Assembly: GCA_938038225.1 (NCBI GenBank)
Contig: CALHRX010000005.1
Location: forward strand, 5,509-69,508
DNA from: an uncultured Dialister sp.
GTDB lineage: Bacteria > Bacillota > Negativicutes > Veillonellales > Dialisteraceae
Reading direction: 5' to 3'
Length of the DNA: 64,000 bases
Each line of letters begins with the position of its first letter. Position 1 is the first letter of the stretch. Positions 8,893 through 19,784 of the stretch are shown here, piece after piece. Both the position numbers and the translations under genes were made by a program. The notes below the pieces were generated by a model. It saw only the letters and a list, made by a program, of their open reading frames with translations, did not search any database and was not told the DNA's origin.

Positions 8893-10380
8893 ATGGAAGC
8901 TGTGAAGAATGTCTCGACACTTGTCTTTGTAAAAGCCAGAGGCGGACGCTTCCGCTGGCTGACGGTTTCCACCCTGATGCTTGCCATCGGTATGCTCCTT
9001 CATCTGGTATCTCCCTCCATGGCGGGCTTCACACCGAACTGGATGATTGCCGCCTATGTTGTCGCAATCCTGCTGACCAAGCCCACCTATAAGCAGTGCC
9101 TCGGCATCTGCATGGTAGCTGCTCTGATGGAGGTTTTTACCAGCAAATCTGCTTTCCCCTACGGTGACTTTGCTTCGGAATTCGCCGGAGCCTTTCTTGC
9201 CGGATTCTTTGCACATTCGGTTCCCCCGATTAAGATCGGAAGATTTTCTCTCCGGCCTTCCATTGCCGGCTTTATTACAACCCTTGTCTCCGGCGGAATA
9301 TTTGTCACCATCCTGAAGTGGGTTCTGAATATCCCCATGCCTGTTTACCTGTACGCTATTCTTCCCGCTGTCGTGATGGTTGCTGTCGGCAATGCCATTA
9401 TTACTCCCTTCCTTTATTTTCCGGCACTTCGCCTTTTCCGTTCCATGCATTATATGTCGGAATCCGATGTCACAGACAGCGATCACTCTCAGCTGATTCT
9501 GAAACAGCAGGAAGAAGGAATTGTAGCCTGCGAGCACGTCACCTATACATATCCCTTTTCTGAAAAACCGGCTCTGACAGATGTCTGCCTGACTGTAGAA
9601 AAAGGAGATTTCCTTGTTGTCACCGGCCCGAACGGAGCAGGAAAGACGACCCTTCTCATGTCCATGGCCGGTGCAGTCCCCCATTATTTCGGAGGGTGCC
9701 TTTCCGGGATGGTTTTCACCGGAGGGAAAGCGGTCACACAGCATTCGATCTCCGACCTTGCCTCCTCCATCGGTGTCATCCTTGCCGACTATAAAGCACA
9801 GATTGTAACCCTTACCGTGGAAGAGGAAATGGCCTTTACACTGGAAAACCACGGATTCCCGCCGGAGGAAATCCGGCGCCGCTCCAAAGATGCATTAGCC
9901 AAGGTTCACCTGGAAGGGCTGGAAAGCCGGAAAATCTCTACCCTTTCCGGCGGTCAGTGCCAGCGTCTGGCAGTCGCTGCAGCCCTTGCAGAAGAACCGG
10001 AAATCATTGTATTCGACGAACCGACTTCCGCCCTGGATCCGGAAGGAATCCGGGAATTCTATCAAATGGTAGGCGAGCTGAATCAAAAAGAAGGCCTTAC
10101 GGTGATCATCGCCGACCATCATCTGGAAGCCACACTGCCTTATGCAAAGCACTTTGTCCTCATGCAGAAAGGCCGGCTCATGAAAAAAGGAACTCCGGAA
10201 AGCGTCATGAAATATATGAAGGAAAACCATATTTATGAAGAAGCGATCCCGGAAATGTACCGGGTACAGCTGGATCTGGAGCAGAAAGGATTTTCCTTTG
10301 CACAGCCATTCCTGTCAATCGCCGATGCGGAAAAATCTGTAAGGGATTCCTTCCGGAAAGGAGAAGAACGCCATGCTTGA
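8893..10380 (+). CDS. ECF transporter S component (about 183 aa, multi-TM) fused in-frame to ECF ATPase EcfA; probably a methionine/precursor-specific dedicated ECF module
   Basis: RBS AGGAGG, then MEAVKNV at 8893. The hydrophobic S-like domain runs on without a stop codon into an ABC ATPase carrying Walker A GPNGAGKTTL, signature LSGGQ and Walker B IIVFDEPTSALD. Frame continuity was checked across 9420-9540. Confidence 0.7.
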   Translation: MEAVKNVSTLVFVKARGGRFRWLTVSTLMLAIGMLLHLVSPSMAGFTPNWMIAAYVVAILLTKPTYKQCLGICMVAALMEVFTSKSAFPYGDFASEFAGAFLAGFFAHSVPPIKIGRFSLRPSIAGFITTLVSGGIFVTILKWVLNIPMPVYLYAILPAVVMVAVGNAIITPFLYFPALRLFRSMHYMSESDVTDSDHSQLILKQQEEGIVACEHVTYTYPFSEKPALTDVCLTVEKGDFLVVTGPNGAGKTTLLMSMAGAVPHYFGGCLSGMVFTGGKAVTQHSISDLASSIGVILADYKAQIVTLTVEEEMAFTLENHGFPPEEIRRRSKDALAKVHLEGLESRKISTLSGGQCQRLAVAAALAEEPEIIVFDEPTSALDPEGIREFYQMVGELNQKEGLTVIIADHHLEATLPYAKHFVLMQKGRLMKKGTPESVMKYMKENHIYEEAIPEMYRVQLDLEQKGFSFAQPFLSIADAEKSVRDSFRKGEERHA

Positions 10381-11188
10381 ACTGGATCACGTTACATTTC
10401 AATACGGCCCCGGACTTCCTCTTGTACTGGACGATGTATCTCTTTCCGTCGGAAAAGGAGAATTCATTGCTGTTACCGGACGGAACGGAAGCGGAAAAAC
10501 AACAATCACCCGTCTTCTGACCGGTCTGGAAAAACCTGTCAAAGGACGCATTCTCTATAACGGCAAAAATGTGACGGAAGAAGATCCGTCCCGCCGCAGC
10601 CGTTTCATCGGTTATGTGTTCCAGCAGCCGGACCGACAGATGTTCATGCCTACAGTCCGGGAAGAAGTTGCCTTCGGCCCCTATCATCAGGGAAAGCGGG
10701 GTGCAGAGCTGGAGAATGCCATTGACCGGGCTCTGGAAGCTACTGACACAAAAAGACTGGAAAATGAATATCCCCGCACGCTTTCCCGGGGAGACCAGCA
10801 GCGCGTCGCTATCGCCTCTGCATTGGCAATGGATACAGAATATCTTGTGCTGGATGAACCCACCAGCGGACAGGACGGAAAAGAAAGAAAGCGCCTTGTT
10901 ACTCTGATCAGAGACCTGCAGGAACAGGGCATTTCCATTCTGCTGATCACCCATGATATGGATATCGTAGCCGGTGCCTGCGGAAGAGTTATTGTTGTAG
11001 CCCATTCGAAAATTGTATTTGACGGAAAACCGGAAATCCTGTTTTCTGAGGAAGGCTGCCCTGAGCAATGGGGTCTTGCATATCCCCCGTCAGTTCTTCT
11101 GGGCCGACAGCTTCCGGGATCGCCTTACTGCAAAGATATGGATACCTTTGAGAAGACCTTTTTACAATTGAAGGAGGAGTCAAAATGA
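10373..11188 (+). CDS. ECF transporter ATPase EcfA' (second ABC ATPase)
   Basis: Walker A GRNGSGKTT, signature LSRGDQQRV, Walker B LVLDEPTSGQD. The start overlaps the previous stop (ATGCTTGA). Confidence 0.85.
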   Translation: MLELDHVTFQYGPGLPLVLDDVSLSVGKGEFIAVTGRNGSGKTTITRLLTGLEKPVKGRILYNGKNVTEEDPSRRSRFIGYVFQQPDRQMFMPTVREEVAFGPYHQGKRGAELENAIDRALEATDTKRLENEYPRTLSRGDQQRVAIASALAMDTEYLVLDEPTSGQDGKERKRLVTLIRDLQEQGISILLITHDMDIVAGACGRVIVVAHSKIVFDGKPEILFSEEGCPEQWGLAYPPSVLLGRQLPGSPYCKDMDTFEKTFLQLKEESK

Positions 11189-11868
11189 GAAATCTCGTAC
11201 CGCTTACAAAAATTCTCCTTACCTTCGGCACGGCCGTCTGGGCAATTGTCCTTCAGCAGCCGGTCAGTCTTCTCGTTCTTTGCCTGGCTGAGCTTTTTAT
11301 TCTCCTGATTTCCGGGGAACTGTTCAAAAATATCAAAGCCGTTTTTATGCTGCTGATCTTTTCCCTCTGCCTCGGGCTGATTCAAAAAGTCGGCGGCGGT
11401 ACCTCTGAAGAAGCAGTGGTGGCAGCACTCCGCATGCTGAATATGACCTTGCTCTTCATTTATCTCCTGGGTACCGTAAAGCTCCAGGATCTGACTGCTT
11501 CCATGGTCCGCCAGCTGAAAGTTCCTTATGAATACGCTTTCATGTTCACAGCAGGCCTTCGGTTCATTCCCGATTTTATTGCAGAAAACCGGGCTGTTTC
11601 CGAAGCGCAGGCCTGCCGGGGCCTTTCCCTGAAAGGCAATTTCATCAAACAGCTTAAACGATATATGTCCATCGTCAGACCTTTGATGCTCCGTTCCCTC
11701 GGCCGCAGTGAAACAATGGCCCTGTCCCTGGAACTCCGGGGCTTCGGCGGAAAAAACCGCACTTTTCTGGAAAGCGTATCCTTGAAAGGCCGGGATTATT
11801 TCTTCCTTGTCCTGATTTTTGCAGTAACCGCCGCTGTCATTTACGGAAGAATCCGCTTCGGCCTCTGA
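11185..11868 (+). CDS. ecfT: ECF transporter transmembrane T component (EcfT/CbiQ family)
   Basis: 227-aa multi-TM protein with the conserved ARGF/RGFGG-like motif (LELRGFGG). It overlaps the ecfA' stop. Confidence 0.85.
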   Translation: MRNLVPLTKILLTFGTAVWAIVLQQPVSLLVLCLAELFILLISGELFKNIKAVFMLLIFSLCLGLIQKVGGGTSEEAVVAALRMLNMTLLFIYLLGTVKLQDLTASMVRQLKVPYEYAFMFTAGLRFIPDFIAENRAVSEAQACRGLSLKGNFIKQLKRYMSIVRPLMLRSLGRSETMALSLELRGFGGKNRTFLESVSLKGRDYFFLVLIFAVTAAVIYGRIRFGL

Positions 11869-11876
11869 TTTGCAAA

Positions 11877-11925
11877 AGCAGCAGGGCGGAATTCCAGCCG
11901 CTGAAATCCCGCCCTGCTGCTTTTA
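11877..11925. terminator. Bidirectional intrinsic terminator between ecfT (+) and folD (-)
   Basis: Stem GCAGCAGGGCGG (11878-11889) pairs with CCGCCCTGCTGC (11909-11920). It is flanked by an A-run upstream and a T-run downstream. Confidence 0.7.
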
Positions 11926-12084
11926 TTGTGTCTTTTTCCGGTAAACTGACCGCCGCATTTTCCCTGATTTTCCGAATACAATCCGCAAAAAAGAGTACAG
12001 ATTCCCGAAAGAAGATTTCCGTCTTCTCCCGAAGAATTCTGTACTCTTTTTGATTGTTTCCGGCTGCTCCGCCGAAAACGATTT

Positions 12085-12933
12085 TTATTTTTCAGCCTTC
12101 ATCTCTGCAGCTTTCAGGATATTTTCTATGACCATCGTCGTAGTCACACTGCCCACACCGCCCGGAACCGGCGTAATAGCAGATGCCTTTTCGGAAACAG
12201 CCTCAAAATCTACATCTCCCACGGTTTTTCCTTCCACGCGGTTGATGCCTACATCGATAACAACAGCTCCCTCTTTGACCATATCCTTTGTCACATACCC
12301 CGGCCGGCCTACTGCCGCTACCAGGATATCTGCCGTTCTCGTCACATCCGCCAGATTTTCCGTTTTGGAATGGCAAATCGTGACCGTTGCATTCCGTTCA
12401 AGAAGCATCAGGGAAACCGGTTTTCCGATGACATTGCTCCGTCCGATAACCACTGCCTTTTTCCCCTGCGGATCAATGCCGTAATGATCCAGGATAGACA
12501 GGACCGCCCGGGGTGTACAGCCGAAAAGGCCTTCCTTTCCGGCAAAAAGACGGCCTGCATTGGCCACCGTCAGGCCATCGATATCCTTATCCGGCACTAT
12601 GCGGGAAATCATTTTCTCTTCATCGATTCCCTTGGGGAGCGGCATCATCATAAGAATTCCCGTAACAGATGCATCACCGTTTAACCGGTCGATCAGCTCC
12701 GCCAATTCCGCCTCCGTCACCGATTCCGGCATTTTCTCAACCCCCGCTTCGATGCCGTAGCCTGCAGCCACTTTCTTCATGAAAGAGGCATACATCATGG
12801 AAGGCTTGCTTTCTCCGGCCAGCACAATAGCCAGCTTTGGGCAGATATTCTTTTCCCGCAGTTTTTCCAGCCGCAGAGCCATCTTTTCTTTCAGAGCCTC
12901 TGCAGTTTCCTTACCGTCCAGAAGAATCGCCAT
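12085..12933 (-). CDS. folD: Bifunctional methylene-THF dehydrogenase / methenyl-THF cyclohydrolase
   Basis: 282 aa. Typical FolD sequence [14 protein letters not shown]...KPSMMYASFMKK...GIDEEKMISRIVPDKDIDG. Confidence 0.95.
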   Translation of the reverse strand: MAILLDGKETAEALKEKMALRLEKLREKNICPKLAIVLAGESKPSMMYASFMKKVAAGYGIEAGVEKMPESVTEAELAELIDRLNGDASVTGILMMMPLPKGIDEEKMISRIVPDKDIDGLTVANAGRLFAGKEGLFGCTPRAVLSILDHYGIDPQGKKAVVIGRSNVIGKPVSLMLLERNATVTICHSKTENLADVTRTADILVAAVGRPGYVTKDMVKEGAVVIDVGINRVEGKTVGDVDFEAVSEKASAITPVPGGVGSVTTTMVIENILKAAEMKAEK

Positions 12934-14600
12934 CAGAAGAGCCCCGTAATGTTTCCGTCATCGTCCACATCGATCTTTTCCGCAGCGGGAACCTTCGGCA
13001 GGCCCGGCATGGTCATGACCTTCCCGGTCAGGACAACAACAAATCCCGCACCGGCGGAAATTTTCACTTCTCTTACATGGAGAGTAAATCCGGTAGGAGC
13101 TCCCAGTTTCGTCGGATCATCCGTGAAAGAAGACTGGGTCTTGGCAATGCAGACCGGGACATCCTTATATCCCATCGCCTCGATATGCGCCAGTTCTTTT
13201 TCTGCTGTGCTGTCATACTGCACATCTGCCGCACCGTAGATTTCCTTTGCAATCGTTTCGATCTTTTCCTTCAGGGACAGGTTCAGATCATAAATCGGTT
13301 TGTAATGGGAACCCTGATCAATGGCTTCCAGAACCTTCCAGCCCAGTTCCAGTCCGCCCTTGCCGCCGTCAGCAAAAACAGTGGATTCTGCTACAGCAAC
13401 GCCTTCCCGGCTGCATGCTTCTTCAATGACTTTCTTTTCTTCCGGCGTATCCGAGGGAAACATATTGAGTGCCACTACCAGCGGCAGTCCGAACTTCTTA
13501 ATGTTTGCCACATGACGCATCAGATTCGGCAGGCCTTTTCTGACAGCTTCCGGATTAGGTTCTGTCAGTTCATTCTTTGCCATGCCGCCGTTCATTTTCA
13601 GAGCACGGATAGTCGCTACAATGACAGCTGCAGCAGGCTTCAGTCCGGCAAAGCGGCACTTGATGTCCAGGAATTTTTCCGCACCAAGATCAGCACCGAA
13701 TCCGGCTTCCGTAACTACATAATCGGCCAGATGAAGCGCTGTCTTTGTTGCCAGAACAGAGTTGCAGCCGTGAGCAATATTAGCAAACGGACCGCCGTGG
13801 ATAAAGGCCGGTACATGTTCCAGCGTCTGTACCAGGTTCGGCTTCAGAGCATCCTTCATCAGAGCTGCCATAGCTCCCTGTGCGTGAATGTCCCCTGCCG
13901 TAACCGGCTGATTATCATAAGTATATCCGACAATGATACGGGCAAACCGTTCTTTCATATCCCTGACGGAGGTAGCCAGGCACAGGATAGCCATAACTTC
14001 GGATGCTACGGTAATATCAAAGCTGCTTTCTCTGGGAACCCCGTTTGCGTGGCCGCCGAGACCGACTACAATATGACGAAGAACGCGGTCATTCATGTCC
14101 ATGACACGGTTCCATACTACACGGCGCGGATCGATGCCCAGCTTATTTCCCTGCTGGATGTGATTGTCCACCATGGCTGCCAGAAGATTGTGCGCAGCTG
14201 TGATGGCATGCAGGTCACCGGTGAAATGAAGATTGATATCTTCCATAGGAACAACCTGGGAATAGCCGCCGCCGGCTGCGCCGCCCTTGATTCCCATACA
14301 CGGACCCAGAGACGGTTCACGGAGACAAATCATCGTCTTTTTGCCCAGCTGAGCCAGAGCCTGTCCCAATCCGACACTGGTGGTTGTCTTCCCTTCTCCT
14401 GCAGGAGTCGGCGAAATGGCGGTTACCAGAATCAGCTTTCCCATGGGTTTATTTTTCAGCTCATTGGTAAGCTTCAGAGATATCTTTGCCTTATATCGGC
14501 CGTAATTTTCGATATCCTCCTCGGGAATCTCCAGCTTTGCTCCGATTTCATTGATCGGAAGCATTTTTGCCTTCTGCGCAATTTCAATATCACTTAACAT
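12933..14600 (-). CDS. fhs: Formate--tetrahydrofolate ligase
   Basis: 555 aa. Motifs [15 protein letters not shown] and the [13 protein letters not shown] region. Its stop overlaps the folD start. Confidence 0.95.
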   Translation of the reverse strand: MLSDIEIAQKAKMLPINEIGAKLEIPEEDIENYGRYKAKISLKLTNELKNKPMGKLILVTAISPTPAGEGKTTTSVGLGQALAQLGKKTMICLREPSLGPCMGIKGGAAGGGYSQVVPMEDINLHFTGDLHAITAAHNLLAAMVDNHIQQGNKLGIDPRRVVWNRVMDMNDRVLRHIVVGLGGHANGVPRESSFDITVASEVMAILCLATSVRDMKERFARIIVGYTYDNQPVTAGDIHAQGAMAALMKDALKPNLVQTLEHVPAFIHGGPFANIAHGCNSVLATKTALHLADYVVTEAGFGADLGAEKFLDIKCRFAGLKPAAAVIVATIRALKMNGGMAKNELTEPNPEAVRKGLPNLMRHVANIKKFGLPLVVALNMFPSDTPEEKKVIEEACSREGVAVAESTVFADGGKGGLELGWKVLEAIDQGSHYKPIYDLNLSLKEKIETIAKEIYGAADVQYDSTAEKELAHIEAMGYKDVPVCIAKTQSSFTDDPTKLGAPTGFTLHVREVKISAGAGFVVVLTGKVMTMPGLPKVPAAEKIDVDDDGNITGLF

Positions 14601-14827
14601 GACTTGCTCCTTTCTGACTATCCTGAAAAAAATATGGTTACTTTAATTATACCATGAGGAACCAGGGAAACGGGGATAATTCCTTCACGAAGACCGGCTT
14701 CCTCCCCGAAAATCCCTCCGGACTGTTTCTCCTGATCTGCCCCGTTCCTTTTGCGAAAGCTCCGCCGCGTACTCCCAAAATGTCCTTCCCGCATCAGAAA
14801 AGGCTGCATTTCTGCAGCCTCCCTGTA

Positions 14828-16792
14828 TCAATGTTTAAACCAGACTTTTATATTGTCGCCCTTTCGTACGGTTGCTCCGATTCCCGGACTTTGTTTATAG
14901 GCATATCCGCTGCCCTCCGGTTCAAACCCCAGTCCGGCCCGGGTGAGCCATTCACCTACATCCCGCATAGACCATCCCGTAAAGGAAGGCAGGCGGAATT
15001 CCTTGACCTGCTCTCCGGGGATTTCCGGCTTATATGTTTCCAAAGGCTTTGCTTCCGGTTTTGCATGAATGGCCTCATCCTGCAGCGTGGGCACCTTAAG
15101 ATACCGCATGATCTGGGTCATGGCTTCCTTGAAAACCGGCGCTGCTACCTGCCCGCCGTAGTAAACCCCTTTCGGCGTATCCAGTACGACCAGACAAATT
15201 GCCTTCGGGTCTTCCGTAGGTCCGAATCCGCAGAAGGAAGCAATGTATTGCCCTTCCAGATAACCGCCGTGCACATCATCCAGCTTCTGTGCCGTTCCCG
15301 TTTTGCCTGCCATATGGTAGCCGGGAATCCGTGCATTCGTACCGCCGCCCTCGGAAACTTCCTTTTCCATCATATCTTTTACCTGGGTTGCCACCGATTC
15401 CGAAATAGGTGTCCCGCTGGTTTCGATCGGTGTAACTTCATAGTCGCTTCCGTCAGGATTCTCTATGCGGTCGATAATATGGGGCTTGACCATCTTTCCG
15501 CCGTTGGCAATCGCACTGTAAGCCTGCACCATCTGCAGCGGTGTTACTGCGATCCCCTGTCCGATTGACATGGTTGCCACATCAATGGGCCGCATATCCT
15601 TCGGCTCAAAAAGCAGACCGGAACCCTCTCCTGGGAACTCGATCCCGGTAGGTTTTCCGAAACCGAAATCCTTCGCATACTTCGTCAGCGTTTCCCCGCC
15701 GGTCAGAAGTCCTATGTGGGCAAATCCCGTATTGATAGACCACTTGATAATATCCACAAGCCGTACGTCCCCATAGGATTCATTATCCCAGTTCTTGATA
15801 TCATGGCCGGATGCCTGCACAACGCCGGGATCATGCCAGACCCGCTGCGTATCATACGTTCCCGCCGCTAAAGCCGCCGAGGCAACGATTGGCTTGAAGG
15901 TAGAGCCCGGTTCATAAATATCGGTTACCGCACGGTTCCTGAACTGTGCTTCCGTTGCATTTTCAAAATGATTCGGATCGTAGGTCGGACTGTTTCCCAA
16001 AGCCAGAATATCACCCGTTTTGGGATCCATTACAATAATAATGCCGCCTTTTGCCTTTGTTTCCTGCATAGCCCGGTTCAGAGCCCGTTCCGCATAAAAC
16101 TGGATATTCTCATCAATTGTCAGGTATACCGATTTTTCCTTTTCTCCCCGGAAAGGCGCCAGCGCCGATTTCAGGATCGGATTCCCCCGGGCATCGGTCA
16201 GGATAGTCTGCTTATTTTTGCCTCCCCGAATCAGACTGTCCAGGGACATTTCCATTCCGTCCAAGCCCTTGTCATCTATCCCTACAAATCCCAGAATATT
16301 CGCCGCCATGCTTCCGTTCGGATAGTACCGCCTGCTTTCATCAAAAAAGCCGAAGCCTTTCCACTTCTTTTCCTTCAGAAGAGCAATGACCTTGTCGGAA
16401 TCCTCCGGTTCCATCAGCCGCTCCATCCATACAAAGCGGGTATCTCTGGACATTTTTTCCTCCAGCACCGCCGGACTCTGCCGCAGAATGGGCGCCAGAG
16501 CTTTCGCCGCTTCTGCCGGACTTACATTCATGCTCCCCGGATCTGCAAAAAAAGATTTAACCGTAATCGAAAAGGCAAGTTCCTTTCCGTTCCTGTCATA
16601 AATCGTTCCCCGCGGTGAAAACAGCGTCTCAATGCCTTTGGTCTGCATCATAGCCATTTCTTCATAATGGCTTCCCTCCACGACCTGTACCCAGATGAGC
16701 CGAAGGAACAAAAGGAATCCCATCACGACAAAAACGCAGAAAAGTCCGATGCTTCTTTTCCGCATCAGATTTCTGGGATTTCTTGGCTTCAT
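14828..16792 (-). CDS. Class B penicillin-binding protein (FtsI/SpoVD/PBP2B-type transpeptidase) with C-terminal PASTA domain
   Basis: 654 aa. N-terminal TM anchor, dimerisation domain, transpeptidase motifs (STFK, SxN, KTGT) and a PASTA-like C-terminus. Confidence 0.9.
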   Translation of the reverse strand: MKPRNPRNLMRKRSIGLFCVFVVMGFLLFLRLIWVQVVEGSHYEEMAMMQTKGIETLFSPRGTIYDRNGKELAFSITVKSFFADPGSMNVSPAEAAKALAPILRQSPAVLEEKMSRDTRFVWMERLMEPEDSDKVIALLKEKKWKGFGFFDESRRYYPNGSMAANILGFVGIDDKGLDGMEMSLDSLIRGGKNKQTILTDARGNPILKSALAPFRGEKEKSVYLTIDENIQFYAERALNRAMQETKAKGGIIIVMDPKTGDILALGNSPTYDPNHFENATEAQFRNRAVTDIYEPGSTFKPIVASAALAAGTYDTQRVWHDPGVVQASGHDIKNWDNESYGDVRLVDIIKWSINTGFAHIGLLTGGETLTKYAKDFGFGKPTGIEFPGEGSGLLFEPKDMRPIDVATMSIGQGIAVTPLQMVQAYSAIANGGKMVKPHIIDRIENPDGSDYEVTPIETSGTPISESVATQVKDMMEKEVSEGGGTNARIPGYHMAGKTGTAQKLDDVHGGYLEGQYIASFCGFGPTEDPKAICLVVLDTPKGVYYGGQVAAPVFKEAMTQIMRYLKVPTLQDEAIHAKPEAKPLETYKPEIPGEQVKEFRLPSFTGWSMRDVGEWLTRAGLGFEPEGSGYAYKQSPGIGATVRKGDNIKVWFKH

Positions 16793-18291
16793 TCTTTTTC
16801 CTTTCTTTTCTTAAAACGGCATGCGGCTTCATACAGCGCATCAGGCTCATTTTCCAGCGAACCGGTCTGTACCCGCAGAAGAAGATTGCTCATACCGTCT
16901 TTTACCCATGTGCCCAAAACTTCCGGCACTCTCCTGTCATAATGAAGTTCCTTTGCCGTTACAGGCATGGACAGAGCCAGTTCTTTCATGTATTCTCCGA
17001 ATGCCGCATGTCCTTCCGCCGCAGAATAAGGTTTCCCGCAGCCGACAATATCCGCAATGCACACATCGGTAATCTGCTCCATGGCCTTTGCCATTTCCGC
17101 CTGTGAAGAAAATACCTTTTCTCTTGCCATTCTCCGAATCCAGCGGATAGCCACTGCTTCCTGTACATTCGCATAATAATGATATTTCATATGATTGGCC
17201 ACGATCCATTTTACCCGGCTCACAAAGGCAGGGCTGCGGCGGTGCCGGCTCAGGATTTCCTCCGCCATATCCGCCCCTTTCAGATCATGTCCGTAATCTG
17301 TAAGTTTTCCTTTTCGAACAGCACGGATTCCGGGCATTCCCTTCCCTACATCATGAAGAAGCGCCGCCCAGCGATTCAGCACAACCGGAGAAGCAGCTTC
17401 CAGTACAGCCAGCGTATGGTACCACCCATCGAATTTGTGGAATTCCTTTTGCTGCGGAAGCCCCACAAGATGTGCCAGTTCCGGCAAGATGGGAATTTCT
17501 TCATAAACTCCGTTTTCCTTCACACGGCAGCTTTGAGCTGCAAGCCCGCTCCGCACCATAAGGTCGAAGCCCCTTCCCGCATGAGGCGTAACAATGAGCT
17601 TATCCAACTCTTCCCGCACCCGTTCCAGAGACAAACCTCTCACCCGGGGAAATGCAGAGGCCATCCCTTCCACCAGAGACGCATCTGCCAGGAAATCCAG
17701 CTGTCCCAGGAAGCGGCAAGCTCGGAAAAGGCGGAGCGCATCTTCTGAAAACCGTTCTGCTGCAGGACCCACCGTATAAAGCATCTTTTTCCGGATAGCC
17801 TTTCTTCCGCCGAAAAGATCAACCAGAATGCCTCCTGCAGAAAGCGCCATGGCATTGACCGTAAAATCCCGGCGCTGCAGATCCTCTTCCAGAGAATCTG
17901 CAAAAGAAACCCGTTCCGGCCGATGCGCATCCGCTCCGTAAAATTCCTTTCGATAAGCAGTCACTTCAAAAGCTTTTCCGTCAAAGGACAGAATCACCGT
18001 CCCGAAACGACGGCCGCCTCCATCCACAGCCTTCCAGCCCTTCTGCGCTGCTGTATGCAGAATTTCCTCCGGCCGCGCAGATGTCGTAATATCCCAGTCA
18101 TGAGGTTCCTTCCCCATCAAAAGATCTCTTACGCATCCTCCGACCAGAAAAGCGTCTTTCCCTTCGTCCTCCAACGCAGAAAGTACAGCAAAGGCAGCCG
18201 GATCTACCCGTCTCATGATAGATTCATCAACAGGCACTTCTGTATCTTCTCTTTCAAAAAGGACAGATATCCTTTTCCATAATCTGTTCAT
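16789..18291 (-). CDS. cca: CCA tRNA nucleotidyltransferase (pol-beta head plus HD domain)
   Basis: 500 aa. Motifs GGCVRDLLMG...DWDITT and an HD domain HDVGK. It overlaps the PBP start by 4 nt. Confidence 0.85.
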   Translation of the reverse strand: MNRLWKRISVLFEREDTEVPVDESIMRRVDPAAFAVLSALEDEGKDAFLVGGCVRDLLMGKEPHDWDITTSARPEEILHTAAQKGWKAVDGGGRRFGTVILSFDGKAFEVTAYRKEFYGADAHRPERVSFADSLEEDLQRRDFTVNAMALSAGGILVDLFGGRKAIRKKMLYTVGPAAERFSEDALRLFRACRFLGQLDFLADASLVEGMASAFPRVRGLSLERVREELDKLIVTPHAGRGFDLMVRSGLAAQSCRVKENGVYEEIPILPELAHLVGLPQQKEFHKFDGWYHTLAVLEAASPVVLNRWAALLHDVGKGMPGIRAVRKGKLTDYGHDLKGADMAEEILSRHRRSPAFVSRVKWIVANHMKYHYYANVQEAVAIRWIRRMAREKVFSSQAEMAKAMEQITDVCIADIVGCGKPYSAAEGHAAFGEYMKELALSMPVTAKELHYDRRVPEVLGTWVKDGMSNLLLRVQTGSLENEPDALYEAACRFKKRKEKE

Positions 18292-18487
18292 ATCCTTTAA
18301 TCGTTCCTTTGCCGCTACTGCTTTTTTACAGTTTTTATTATACCCTCCCCGGTCTTTTATGAAAAGTAGAACCGCCCCGCTCCTGCCTTACGGAACGGAA
18401 ACATCCTTCCGTTATCGGCGCTTTGTCCGGTCATTTTCCCCGCCTCTCCGGAAACCCGGTGTCCGATACGATTTCTGCAGAAAAAAA

Positions 18488-18522
18488 GAAGCCGACAAAA
18501 TTCTGTCGGCTTCTCTTTTGGC
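18488..18522 (-). terminator. Intrinsic terminator downstream of the malic enzyme gene
   Basis: Hairpin GAAGCCGACAGAATTTTGTCGGCTTC followed by a T-run on the minus strand. Confidence 0.65.
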
Positions 18523-18556
18523 CTCAATTTTGAGTTTTCAAATCATTTGACGGAAA

Positions 18557-19768
18557 TCAGTCCTTGTACTGTTCCGGGAGTTCTGTTGCTCTTGCTACTC
18601 CGCTTGCGATAGCAGCCTTTGCTACAGCTTTTGCTACAGCCTTCGGTACTCTTTCATCAAATACGTCAACTACAACATGATCCGGGTCCATATTGCAGGT
18701 TGCAGCCAGATCAGCCAGTGCATGAGCAGCAGCCAGCTTCATTTCCTCATTGATCTGACGGGCACGTACGTCCAGTGCACCGCGGAACAGGCCCGGGAAT
18801 ACGGAGGAGTTGTTGACCTGGTTCGGCATATCGCTTCTGCCGGAGCCGTAGATGTATACGCCCTTTTCCTTTGCTTCTTCATACATGATTTCCGGAACGG
18901 GGTTTGCCATAGCAAAGACAATGCTCTTTTCCGCCATGGTCTTGATGGCATCATTGTTAAATACGCCCGGGGCGGAGCATCCGATGAGAACATCTGCACC
19001 CTTTACTGCATCAGCAAAGGTCCCCTGCTTATTTTCCGGATTGGTCTGCTGAATCAGTTCCATCTGCACTCTGTCTCCCTTGCCGTTATCGTAAAGAATG
19101 CCCTTGGAGTTGAGAATGGTCATGTTTTCAGCTTTAACGCCGTCTTCCAGGAGGAGGCGGGCAATAGCCGTGCCGGCTGCACCTGCGCCGTTTACAACAA
19201 CCTTGATTTCATCAATCTTCTTGTCAGCTACCTTCAGCGCACCGAGGAGTGCTGCAAGAGCTGCAATAGCAGTACCATGCTGATCATCATGGAATACCGG
19301 AATATTCATGATCTTCTTCAGTTCATCTTCGATATCATAGCATTTCGGGGAAGAAATATCTTCCAGGTTAATGCCGGCAAAGTTCTTTTCGAGAAGCTTT
19401 ACGGTATGAATGAATTCATCCTTGTCTTTCGTGTCAAGAACGATCGGAATTGCATCGATGTTGCCGAATCTCTTGTACAGTGCACTCTTGCCTTCCATAA
19501 CCGGCATAGCAGCTGCTGCACCGATGTCACCCAGACCGAGTACACGGGTGCCGTCGGAAATAACGGCAACTACATTTCCTCTCCAGGTCAGGGTCAGAGA
19601 AAGGTCTTCATCCTTTTTAATTTCCAGGCAGGGAGCGGAAACGCCAGGTGTATATACAACAGCCAGATCATGGCCGTCCTTCATGTCTGCATTCAGAGCG
19701 GTCTTAATCATCTGATGCTTTTCCTTACGCAGCGCAATGGCCTGCTTTCTCAGTTCTTCGGTGTTCAT
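18557..19768 (-). CDS. NAD(P)-dependent malic enzyme (malate dehydrogenase, oxaloacetate-decarboxylating)
   Basis: Motifs DLAVVYTPGV and VISDGTRVLGLGDIGA...PVMEGK with a Rossmann GAGAAG. The start is set at MNTEELRK, preceded by RBS AAGGAGG. Confidence 0.9.
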   Translation of the reverse strand: MNTEELRKQAIALRKEKHQMIKTALNADMKDGHDLAVVYTPGVSAPCLEIKKDEDLSLTLTWRGNVVAVISDGTRVLGLGDIGAAAAMPVMEGKSALYKRFGNIDAIPIVLDTKDKDEFIHTVKLLEKNFAGINLEDISSPKCYDIEDELKKIMNIPVFHDDQHGTAIAALAALLGALKVADKKIDEIKVVVNGAGAAGTAIARLLLEDGVKAENMTILNSKGILYDNGKGDRVQMELIQQTNPENKQGTFADAVKGADVLIGCSAPGVFNNDAIKTMAEKSIVFAMANPVPEIMYEEAKEKGVYIYGSGRSDMPNQVNNSSVFPGLFRGALDVRARQINEEMKLAAAHALADLAATCNMDPDHVVVDVFDERVPKAVAKAVAKAAIASGVARATELPEQYKD

Positions 19769-19784
19769 AATAGCCTCCTTAAAA

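Noticed and set aside
8875-9852. 325-aa ORF on the - strand over the ECF S-A gene
   Set aside because: Antisense. Gly/Cys/His-rich with no motifs.
12837-14597. 586-aa ORF on the + strand
   Set aside because: Exactly antisense to fhs (formate-THF ligase). Composition is Cys/Arg/Ser-rich junk.
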